NCBI GenBank assembly: GCA_964035545.1
Contig: OZ037768.1
Span: 2,388,741-2,452,740, forward strand
DNA from: Bugula neritina
Taxonomy: Eukaryota; Animalia; Bryozoa
DNA length: 64,000 nucleotides
Direction: 5' to 3'
Part shown: one piece after another, positions 48,003-60,110 of the stretch
Layout: each line of letters opens with the position of its first letter
Numbering within the stretch: position 1 is the first letter of the stretch
Translations under genes and position numbers: made by a program
Notes under the pieces: model-generated
Told to the model about the DNA's origin: nothing
The model's database searches: none
What the model saw: the letters and a program-made list of their open reading frames with translations, nothing else

Positions 48003-51000
48003 TTAAGCAAAGAATGCCCAAAGAAAGGTAGAGAGCAGAATGAGAATGATGGCACCGACTGCATTCACAAGTCTCCACTTTCGCCCCTCCTCAATTGACA
48101 AGCTCTCTGCTAGCAGCTCTGCTTGCTCGGCATCAGTTAACTCTGGACCCGTCTGTTTTTCTATGCCACAAATCCAATTGACAGCTGTTCTATACCATGG
48201 CAAGGCTGTAAGTGTACATAATCACAGTTCAGTTTGTCTGAATTGTGCAGGCTAAAACCTGTTCAGTATTGAAATTTTTACTAATAAGACAAAGATTTGT
48301 GTTCACACTCTACATCAATATCCAATTCGTGGTACTTGCCACCTTGAATTATTTTTCCATAAACTTCTATCAAAACTTTATAGCTTCAGAATTAGATGTG
48401 CAAAATGCAAATGAAATAAGTACAATCATCAATAGATTTTCCATGAAAACTACATTTAGCTTACACTTGTCTTTCTCATAAATTCAGGCTAAATTAAGTA
48501 ACTCAACTATATTCCATCAAGATTGGACATCATTTAAAATTTACTCAAACAGAATAGACATACACCACAAACTTTGCTCACTTTCACACTTACCTTTGTC
48601 TGCATCTGCCACGTCACTCTCCATTTTGGTATTTCCGTCAGCTAATTGTTCGGTCGAGGCCACACCCATATCATCAACACTCTCAGAGCCGTTCTTCTTA
48701 GTCTCCAGTTCCATCAAATGATCGGGAAGATCATCATCGACAGATTGATCCAGCCGATCTCCAGGCTCATTACGTGAGAGATAAGTCAATCTTACCAACT
48801 GAATATAGTAACAGGAGAAATATCTTTAGGCGTAATTCATAATATTCAATTGTAGTTTTTGGGTACGTTTTTAACAAGGTACAATAGATTTTTCAAGAGT
48901 AGTAAAGTATACCTTCCTAGGATTGATAGGCTTGGTTAGAAGGCTGATGACGATCGCAATAATAGTGGTGAGGCCAAAAAGCAGACAACCAAAGTGCAGG
49001 TAGTGAACTTGGGAGATGATAGCCGGTAGTTTATACTCTTTATCAGAACCACAACCAGGAGGTGTACCGTAGGAGAACTCTACTATAAACCTGACTGCGC
49101 CGACCACCAGACCACACATAAGGGACCAGAATGCACCCTGATAACAAGAAATTTCATATTTATATAACTAAAAGCAGATATAAATCATTTGATAACAATT
49201 TAAACTCTTCCCATGGTAGCTATGCCTCCTTTTCATTTGAAGGTGAAACAAAATCCTAGAATATTATGCACTGATTAGTATCTGGTTAACAAGGCAACTA
49301 TAGTAAACCAATATTTTATGTTAGTGTAAAATGGTGTACTTGGTTTTAACCTTGCAGCAGTTTAGTACATGCTTGTTAAAAGAGTAGGTCAGATAGATGA
49401 CATTACAAACAGAATATCAGCAATACAGCTAATTACTTTACAGATTTATGAAAAAATGATAACTCCAACAGGTAGACTAAATTTTTTGCTAAAAAAGTCA
49501 ACTATAAATGCAAAATAATAAACTATTGGTGAGAGTTGTCGCCTTATTACCGTTGAAAGATAACTCCATAAATACTGAAATGCTAAATTCTATAGCTATT
49601 TAAAGGTTTAGCAACTTTCAGTTCAGCATGAGGACCTAATTGACAAATTTGGTAAGTTTGCTAGTATTTCTTACCTGCTCATTGATTCTTTTGGTGGAGA
49701 TAGCAAGAACATAGACAGCGGCTAATGGAGGGGTGAGGAAAGAAGTAACTTGCTGGATGTAGTGGAACAACTCCGAGAATCCTTGCACAATTGGAATCCA
49801 TGCAATGCTCACACCCACCAGTACTAGCACAGTCAATCTGAATCAACCCATAATCATGCAGTTGTAAGCTCTTGGTCAAACAAACAATATTTTTACACAA
49901 AATATTTTTTTAACTACTTTTACATCACTGCATGATCTAATCCTGATGAGCTTACAAAAAAGTTGAGAAGTACAACTATTAAAAGTCATCTCCCATAAGG
50001 CTAAAAATCAAAACTTCAAAATTTTAAAACATATAATTAGTCTTATTTATAATTATTTTATATATTTAAACATTCAAATACTTTAATTCTTTTGCCAAGA
50101 CAAAAAATAATTGCCTTTGAAGCACATACTTGTAACATAAAAACATTTTTGTATGTATCTAAAACTTGCCATACAAACTAAAGAAATTATGGTTCTGGCA
50201 AAATGCTATGCATGACAACCAATTGAATTTTTATTAAAATGTATAAAACGCTGAGAAAAGTCCTGTCAAATTTTGTAGACTTTAAAAGATGATCACACCT
50301 GTATGAGACAGAATTAACAATAAACAAAGTACCTTAGTAGGTAGCAGACGTTTACCTGGCTACAACTAGCAGCTCTCCTTCAGAGGCATTCTTACGAATT
50401 CTAGTATAGATATCCATAGTGAACAAAGTAGATCCGCTGTTGAAGATAGAGGTGAGGGAAGACATCAGGGCTGACAGCATCACAGCTATCATTAAACCAC
50501 GCAGTCCATCCGGCATCAACTTGAGCACGAGCAGAGGATACGCTAAGTTGGTGCATCCTGTCGCAGTGCCACACACTTTCAGACATTCTTCTTCAGAAGC
50601 ACATCCTACCACACCTGAGGATAAGGAATAGACTATCAAGTATGTTCAGTTCCACCAGGTTTAAACTATTCACACCCGGAACTGCTTACCAAACATGAGT
50701 AGGTAATGTGTTATAGTGAGTGATAATGTTATACCTGTTCTTGTATAGTATCCATACATACCAGGCGTATAGTGTGCTGTCTAGTGCGATGTATTGAATA
50801 TCCTGCTATAAGCAGTCAATTCATTATGGAACAGATTCTTAATATATTACCCACAAGGGTTCCTATCCCAGTGGTTGAAAAACATCTGCAGGTGGTATTT
50901 GGGTATAGTTGAAAGCCTTTGTAAGTCTAAGAAATTAAACAGACAAGTCTTCGCGCCTCTCACTCATTTAAATGACTGATAGCAAAAACAACATGTCTAC

Positions 51001-54000
51001 CGAGAAGGCCAGGAAGTGCTGACACTCACTGGGAAAGAGAATCCGAGAGACCATTCCGGGAATAATGAGTAACCAGAGAGGAGTGAACTTGAGGAAGCCG
51101 GCCAGAATGGTGCCGGCTCTTGCGTAGGATAGATTCTTGGCAGCCAATGTCCTCTGCACAATTACCTAGCATAAACAATAGTAGCACATATTAACAACTT
51201 CTACAAGTTTGAATTTCTATATTTAAGTACAGTAGATTTCTATAGCCTAAGTTCTTTAAGTTTCTTCAAAATATTTTTTGGTTTTGGGAGGGTTGACACT
51301 ATCGAAAGAAAATAACTTTTTTACTATATTTCTCATAGATCTAGAACACAGGTTTTTCTCAATTATTATACCTACATCAATTTTCACCTATTCACGCCAT
51401 TTCAAAAGTAAATTTATTACTTAACAGCTAGCCATGGATAGATGGTAAGTGTTGTATATCATGGTGAATTTGCTTTGAACTAAAACCAGCATTATGAAAA
51501 GAAAATTTTAAAATTCTAGCTGTGAGTACATTTAGCAGGCAGGTGATATTAGAAGCTGGTACATAAACATAGTGTTGAAATATGCAGTAGAGAGTTTATC
51601 AAGCTTAGAGTATTCTATACTAAGATGTATTATATAACAAACGTCCTCAAGTTGAACTAATGCAACACTTCACATCACATTACCTCGCACAGGTAAAGAG
51701 CTGAAGTTTCAAAAAGCAAAAATATAACTAGCTAGTAAAGAAAATAGTGCTGAGCTGTCATTTTATTCTCTCTGTACCTCAACATATTTAAGCAACATGG
51801 CTGCTAAAATCCTAAAAATATTTAAGATAAAATTCGCTGACTTATAAGGGGAAAATCAATACTGTTATATAATCTATCGATTAGCATCTTCCAGTTTTAC
51901 TCATATTAATATAATTTAGTTTTAAATACATTATTTTTGATATCTATAATCAATATGGTTGAGTAAATATCCATTTAGAAATTTAAAATTTTCAGCCCAA
52001 AATGCTAATTTGGTCAAAGATACCCTTACTGAGTTTTTCTTTCATTGTGAAATGCTTTTAAAATTATTCTGCTGTCATCATTCAATCTCAACATAATCCA
52101 ACAATAAGAAAAACATTCACCATTACTGGGGTTACTCACACTTATTGAAATACCTTGCAGCTTATATGCATAGGGTATGTACCATCTTGGTACAATTTAA
52201 AACATTTATTACTAAGCCAGCTGTTGATATGTCATGGTTTTAGATTCTTTGATGATTAGTCAAGGGTTTTACTGAGAAGTGAAGAGAAATTATTCTCTCC
52301 TTACAGTCTCGGTTTCAGATATTTGAAACATGAGATTTTATGGTGAAATACACAAGTTTTACTAGTTCTATATTTTTGAAATTGCAAACTTGACATTGGT
52401 AGCTCATTCGTTACTCTCCAACTTCAAATATTGGCCCTCGACAAGTTGCTGTAAAAATCTACCAAATCTACCACAGCTGTCTGTCTGATGTAATCTAAAG
52501 TCAGAACTAAAAGTCAGACACACCTGGTCGGTGCACCAGTACCAAACACCAGAGATGGTGATACCGAAGACCACCCCAGTCCAGGGCAGATCCGTGGTTA
52601 GTGTAGCTGGTCTCATGAAGTGCATAGCATAGTCGGGCACTGAGCCACAAGTGGTGTTGGAAGACACAGCTTCAGGCGAAAGTGAGGTAAAGAATTGGTG
52701 AGTTAAAGCTTCAAACACTGAGCCAAATTCATCCACATCTACAACTTTGCCTAGTTCCACAAAGCCTTTGAAAGAGAAAGAAATAAGCTGTGAATAAACG
52801 TCATTAACAGTCATCAGCAAAATAAGCGTGCTAAAATAAAATCTGAGAAATAGGCAAAGTGATGCAGTATAAAACAGAATGTTTTGTAATTTGCATTAAG
52901 TTCTAAATAAAAATGTCTAGTAATATAGAGATACTATACAGTGCTATGCTAAAAAGCTCATTTAAACGTAGTGTTTAAATTGCATGAAAATGATATTGCA
53001 GTTCATTCCAAGTTAAATTAGTGCCCAAAATACTATGCTGTGGAGAATTTGGCACTTAAAGCTGTTTGCTCTAATAAACTAAAGCACACCAAAACTGCAA
53101 TATATCAGAGCGATAAGGTATGAAGTGTAGCCTAACTTCACAATAAACTAAAAGCATCTGATAGTGCCCACTCATGAAGATAAAACTTAGCAAAGCTTAC
53201 CAATTAAAATGATAACAGCATTAAGCCCCCAAGTCCAAAATTGTAGATAACATTTCATTTCAGACCACCCACCCTTATTCAAATTTAATTTAAGAAGTTC
53301 ATAGACTACTTTAGATAAAATCTCCCAAATAAGAAGTGATTTAGAAATTTTCTAGCCGTTGGATTAAATCTAGGAAAAGCAACTAGCTGTTTAAAGCAAT
53401 TAAAAGGCTACCTGATCAGTGCACCAGTACCAAATAGAGGAAATGGTGAGACCAAAGACCATTCCAGTCCAGGGAAACGCTGGATCACTCGCTGGACGGA
53501 AGAAGTGCATAGAATTAGCTGGCACGATGCCACAATGGGCATACCGACACTTTGTAGAATTTAGAGCACCTGACAAGCACTGCCTTGTTAAGTTAGGCTG
53601 GCTTTCAACGCCCATGAATTTGCTTACAATTTGGCTGTAGCCGCCAGCCTCAATGTAACCTAGCAGAATATAAGAGAAGGTATCTAGCTAGCTATAGCTA
53701 TAATCAGTATAAGGAAATCTTGATAATGCCATCAGCAAATCATCAACACGAAGATAAATGCAGAATAGAAGAAAATTTGCTGAGCTGTAAAAGATTATTC
53801 TGAGCTAAATCAGTAAATGTAAGTAACAGGTGACTATCGACAGCTAAAATAATCAGAAACATTGTAAATGGAGTTATTTGTTACACTCCGGGATGTTAGA
53901 GTCAATTTCAAAATATATACTTGCAAAAAATAAGAAATTTCTGTAGCATTTTCATCTAATAACTGCAAATCAGTTAGTGCAGCAATAAAGGCTATAAGGA

Positions 54001-56466
54001 GAGCAAAAATGGAATAAATGGACTCACTAAGCACGGCCAATACAGCAGCTCCAATAATTATAATACAAGTCTGAGCAAAGTCTGTCCATATTACGGCTGA
54101 CAAGCCTCCTGAAAAATACAACAATGAGTATTTTGTACCAACTGTGGCCCAACACATACCGTCCCTGTATAATGCATACCAGGAGTAGATTCCAAGTCTA
54201 TCAGAGCCGGGACAAACTAGCTATAAATGCAATAAGCTTTATACAACAAAACGTTTACGCCTATACGTTGTTAAAATGTTAAAAATGCTTGAATTTTAAA
54301 ATAAATACAGCAGCCTGAGTGGATCATAGTATACTGATGACAAATAGTTACATAGTCAATATACAAGACCCACCCAACATACTAAGATAACCAGTTTATA
54401 GTGTTGGATGCAGAGTGAGCAAGGAGAGCTACGTATCTTATCTGAGTTTATAGTTACATTAGTTACATACTAACAAATACTTCAAGATAAGCATACAGGT
54501 TCAGAGTTGTACAAGTAGCTAACCTGCAGTCTACCTGCAATACACAGTATGAGTGAATACAAACCTGCAACTGTCAGAATCAGAGCTAGGAAGAGCAGGG
54601 CCAGGGTCGACTCATACACCCCCCAACCGATAGCCTTCTCCAAGAATATGGCACCAGAATAGAGATCAGCTGATATCTTAGTGAAGATGTAGAGGATGAG
54701 GGACAGAGAAGAGAGGTAAATGCGAATTCTATGACCTCCAAACCTCTTTCTCATGTACTCTGGCATCGTGAACACCTGATGAAGTATCAACTTGTAGAGA
54801 GCATTTCAATCAGATTTGTTTACTTGTGTATTTGGGTAGATAATGTTTACAGATTGAAAGCCTTCCAATTTGTCAGTATGTTATTCACTTCACCTGGTAA
54901 AGCTAACATGTCAGGGCAAAGCAACAGATATCATGGATCTTTGCAGAATTTCAGAATTATCATGTAACAAGTTTACAATATAAACATGGAGAGTGTAAAC
55001 TTACCCCTGAAGCAATGTACACTGGTACAAACACCCATCCCAGCAGCAGCAGAACAAAAGCAGCCTGTAGCAAAACAGATATAATAAATACCTGCTCCAT
55101 TAGGTCTACGGTATACAACGCAGTACAGTATATCCAGCATACTAAACTTATCTGTGGCATTAAAAACTATTAAAAAGTCAAAACTATGGAATGAAACCAG
55201 CCTACTAAAGACACCTTAGAAATGGTGTAGAATTAAAACACCTCCCGTAACACTTAAACATAAATACTCCAAGATCTAACCAAAAAATAACTGTGTCCCT
55301 TGTCTAGCAGCTGCATAAATATATTAATATATATAATAAAGTTGTTAGTTTTTAACTTCTGAAACCAGACACTATAGAGTGTACACAGTAAATAAATACT
55401 GGCAGAGTAACACCTACAGCACAATGTAACCTGTATATTCTATACATGTCAAAATACCTAGTCATCGGTATGTAAATACAGCCAATAATATGATTTGTTA
55501 CACTCTTACACTTCCTGTACACAAGAATCCTACTCACACTGAGTTCAAAGATGGCGACACCAATACCGGCCGAGGCTCCCGAACCAGCTAATCCGACAAA
55601 GTGACCTGACCCAATGTTACTAGCAAACAGTGAGGCTCCAACCTGTATTAGCACAAGTTTGCACCAGTATAACACAAGTATATATAATAATATTCAGTAT
55701 AACACAAGTATATATAATAATATTCAGTATAACACAAGTATATATAATAATATTCAGTATAACACAAGTATATATAATAATATTCAATGTAACACAAGTA
55801 TATATAATAATATTCAATGTAACATCCCTTCTTACTTTATTCAATCAGGTTGAAAAAGAATAAATTATTTGACCCTGCTTATATCGAATTGGGACTGTCT
55901 GCTATCACAAAGCATCATTTCCAGAAAAGTTCACATGGCATAAAGCTTCTTGCATTTAGCTATAAGAATATATTAACTGTACACCAAATTTTGTCATGTA
56001 TCAACAACTTACGGGTATCCAGTGCATGCTTCGTCCAGCTAAGAAGTAGCCTTTAGTACTTCCTCTATTACGACATGATGACTACAATAATTCACATAAA
56101 CTTACAGTGATCAGATTGTTCAAAACATTGCTAAAAAAACTCAAGTTTGATTCTTTTCACAGCCTAATGTTAGGTTTTTAGGACTAGAAACTGCTTTTGC
56201 ATCAAATCACAGTAACAGAGCAAGAGCAATTTTGAATTCGGTGCAAAAATTAAACTAACTGAAATATCTCAACACATTCATTAAACTATACTAAGTATAT
56301 TGCAAGTTGTTACTGTGTATAAAACACTAAATCTTCAGCATACACTCACCCATATGCCAACACCAATAATAGCAACAAAATAAGCTGCAATGACTACGAA
56401 ATCCCATGGTACTAGCTTGGCATTCTTGAGTAAGGAATCAGCATCATATTCTGAAGAGCTCGACAT
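48003..56466 (-). CDS. SLC5A: Sodium/glucose cotransporter (SLC5A SGLT subfamily), 693 or 691 aa depending on exon 7a/7b
   Basis: Exons (minus): 56466-56350, 56081-56013, 55642-55538, 55064-55005, 54775-54565, 54108-54028, [53659-53412 or 52765-52524], 51165-51030, 50614-50356, 49837-49675, 49137-48913, 48798-48594, 48205-48003. Motifs [91 protein letters not shown]. The exact paralogue (A1/A2/A9) is not assignable by eye. Confidence 0.95.
52524..52765 (-). CDS. SLC5 alternative exon 7b (242 nt, phase 1 to 0)
   Basis: tcaaag|GC TTT GTG GAA...GAC CAG|gtgtgt; FVELGKVV...[43 protein letters not shown]. Confidence 0.88.
53412..53659 (-). CDS. SLC5 alternative exon 7a (248 nt, phase 1 to 0)
   Basis: ctag|GT TAC ATT GAG...GAT CAG|gtagcc; [14 protein letters not shown]...[42 protein letters not shown]. 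Confidence 0.9.
55665..55823. repeat. 30-nt minisatellite, ~5 copies, adjacent to the SLC5 exon 3 acceptor
   Basis: CAGTATAACACAAGTATATATAATAATATT repeated. Confidence 0.92.
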
Positions 56467-58796
56467 CTTTCCTAAAAAGAGTAGCTGAAGTTGTCAACTG
56501 AAAGCATCTGATGAGTTATTATGAATAAACAGCTTTCAGTTACTCAACAAAATATGTTACATTCAAAATATCATTTCGAATTAGTCAAAAGCAAAACATT
56601 AAAACTTTAAACTTAGGCTAAGTGGAGATCTAATTAACACTCTGAGCCTATTGGGTTCACCAAATAGTCAGACTTTGACTAAGTTTAAATCAATAAAATT
56701 AAATGTCACTTTTACTGACTTTTACCTCTAGCTTGGCAGCCACCAAGTGACAGTTGATAATGTGAGTGTGACACTGACTGCAATAAAGTCAACCAGTGTG
56801 AGTGACACCCAGACTGACAATCACTATCATTATGATTATTAACACCAAGTAATTAGATTTACTTTTAGTAAAATAAAGCATTAAACTTAAAAATAAAATC
56901 AATACTATTAGTATTAATTTTATTCTTAAGTTTTACTATTAATAATATTAATAGTAATACTAATACTAATAGTATTAGTATTACTATTAATAATATAATA
57001 ATATTAATAATTATAATATAAATATTAATATAATTATAATAATAATATCTCATGATGAGAAGTTAATAAAATATGAGTATCATTGCAACTATTATTATTA
57101 CGCCTGCAATAGAGGAAGTAGTTTAACCCACTAGATTAAGCCTAAAGTCGCTATTATCATTATACCAACAGCCAAACAGAGCAATTTATCTTCTATGTAG
57201 TTCTTCGTCTTCTATTTGGCTTTCTTTTTCCAAACTGAAACTGTTTGAGTACGCCTCTTCCCAACAGTTTATCGGAATAACTTGATAAATATAACACATA
57301 CTGAAAGATTGCACAATATTATAGGAACCCAATCAAATTTTTATGAGGAGACAACTCGAGTACTGCATATGTTGCCAGTCCATGCATTCAAATATTGCTT
57401 CTTATTTAAATTATCGAAAAGAAATTTACGCAAGTTTTCAGTTAATTACATACTTTTCTTTTAATCTTTAGAAGTTTTGTAAATAACACCTATTGGTAAA
57501 TATGTTGATGTAACCAAAGATCTGTATAATATTATGCACTTTATCGCAAGTGATTTAACCTGCCCTTTTGTAAAACACCCATACAAAAGTATTAACTATT
57601 TTCAGAATAAAATAATATAGGGTGCTGCAGCAAAAACCACATCAAATTATATAACGTATAGCCTGAAAAACAGTTTTTTGCTATAATATAATATAATCAT
57701 TAATAGGTTAGAAATAAAATTTTCCTTTCTAATTTAATTACCTACCAACTACAATATACTAGTAAAATTCAAACTCATTGGATAACATATTATAGGCCAA
57801 AACGCATAACTATAAACCCTAACTTTGTTTGTTTCCTGTGGTATTTCATATTATAAATTCTTTTTGTGGTTTTTGTTGAATTTGGGTCTTTATGTTGGTC
57901 ATGCAAACTATATAAGCTTTATATATGTTTTATAGGTCGTATTGGTTATATAAGTCATATATAATTTTTTAGGCCAGAGGAGTTACATAAGTTATATAAG
58001 CATATATGTTATATAAGCCATACATAAGTCTTTTTAGGTCACAAAATATATCTACAGGACATAAGTCCATGTAAAGCAGTTTGACAACTTGTGCACGCAT
58101 CAAAATTAAAATAACAATATACTAAACTGTTTTATGGCCATTCTATGCTATTCCCTTATAAATTTGTATTGATGCAGGGTATTTTTAGCTCAGCTTTTGT
58201 TTTGGTAAAATATTGGATCAATGATTAATATTAGATCATTGATATAATATTTTCCCAAAACAACTAGCTGCCTATAAATATTGCTGTGACTGACAAGTGC
58301 TTATTGATGTACAAAAGTGCACTTATTCTTTGATGTGTCTGTAAAACAGCAACAACATTATCATTATGCAACTACTTTTAAGTTTTGGCAGCTGCATCGG
58401 GTCAAAAAGTCAAAGTACTAACATCATTTTGAATCAGGCAAATTGTCTAAATCAATTTTCTATTCCTAGATTAAATTGGGTGCCAGGAAGTATTTGGGCA
58501 AAGTATAAATATGATTATAATTGCCACCACTGCTGTAGTTGATGTAATGTAATTTTTGTTTGGTGAATAATTTATACTTTTTGTATTACTATAGTGATGA
58601 TTGGTGTGACATTATATAAATACACATTTGTATTTCATAATATTATATTATAAAATAATATAAGTTACTTTGTATAGTTAAAATGTCATTTCATCAATTA
58701 ATATACAATGTTCATTTCTGAGTGTTGTTCACACATGATTTATGTAGTTGAAAAAAGGAGCACAACTCCAATAAACCAACAACATGGTACTATAAA

Positions 58797-59000
58797 CAGC
58801 CGTGGTCTAGGGGTTAGAGCCCTGGTTTAGTAAACCCATAGTCGTGGGTTCGATCCCAGTAAAGGCTAATGCTAAGAAGAGCATCCAGTCATAATTGCTC
58901 CTGTGGCACATATTAATAAATCCTTAGCCCGATTTAACAAAAACCTTTTCGATAATGTTCATGGGTTTCTCACAGGGATGGTGACTATATAAACTTGCGT
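58797..59000 (+). mobile_element. tRNA-derived SINE (degenerate)
   Basis: A box TGGTCTAGGGG and B box GGTTCGATCCC at tRNA spacing but without a proper acceptor or anticodon stem; followed by a non-tRNA body (AAGAAGAGCATCCAGTCATAA...). The 3' boundary is approximate. Confidence 0.65.
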
Positions 59001-59580
59001 CAGTTACAGTACTATAACTCTATACGATTACAATACTTTCTAAAATAAATTATATCGCACCCTGAATTGGTTAATATATGTTATAATGCTGTGTGGTTAA
59101 TTCCATATGCCTTGCATAAAATGTCTAAATTTTCAAAATTCATCACACCCATTAGATATATAACTTGATATTACAAACAAAACACTATAAACATTTATTG
59201 AAATATTCATATTGAGATAGATGCACTATACTATAAACATAGCAATGTTTGAAAACATAAATAAAGTTGGTACATGCCAATATCCTATTTAAAGAATTTA
59301 GTTAAACTACAAAATGACATTGTTATAGTTATATAGTGCTTCAAAATCTCTTATTTGCAGTCGTCTATTCACTATATCTTTGTAAAATGTAGCTAGCTGT
59401 CCATATATTATAGCGGTGGTTTAGCCATAGTTCTTTTGTTTGCAAGATTGTATTATCAATCCTAGTGATTCATAGGATAACAATGTAAACAACATAATAT
59501 TAAAAATGATGTAGAGAACGCAATTCATGAAATGTTTGGGAAAGAATTGAAACCATTCTAATATGATTCAACTATAGATA

Positions 59581-59611
<31 letters not shown>

Positions 59612-60110
59612 TACTATTTGAATGTGAGTGCAGTTACTAGTTGCTGCTGAGTGTTCTATGTTAGTACGCAACTGTATTCATTGCTCGCGCAATGCCGGCA
59701 GTGCGCTGGTTTTGGGGTTGTTATGTTTTCGCGGACGCAGCTGACAGTTCCAGTTCATTGAGCACTTCTTTACAAAGCCGCCACTCTAAGTATATTATAT
59801 ATAAGTCAGTCACCTACAATTAATTATTGTTGTTTTATATCAATATTTCCGCATACACTTGCCACAACCTATTCCTATTGGTTACTACAAATAATGCCCA
59901 CCAATCATAGAAACATTGCAAGCATGTGAGGAAGCTAAGCCATGGTAGGAAGTAGTTCGGTTAATGGTTTCAGTAAGGAGCAACAGTAACTTTGTGTACT
60001 CCTATCTTATTCATTAAGCGTATTAACTCTTTCAGCGCTAATACGTTTATGGAGTTTAACGGCCTTTAACGGAGATTAGGCGATATTGCAATAGACTATC
60101 GCCAGAAGGT

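Noticed and set aside
52404-53615. Interpretation as two separate SLC5 genes or an assembly duplication
   Set aside because: All other exons are single-copy, and the two exons are too diverged to be haplotype or assembly duplicates.
58800-58868. Functional tRNA gene
   Set aside because: The A and B boxes are present but the acceptor and anticodon stems do not pair properly; treated as a SINE head.
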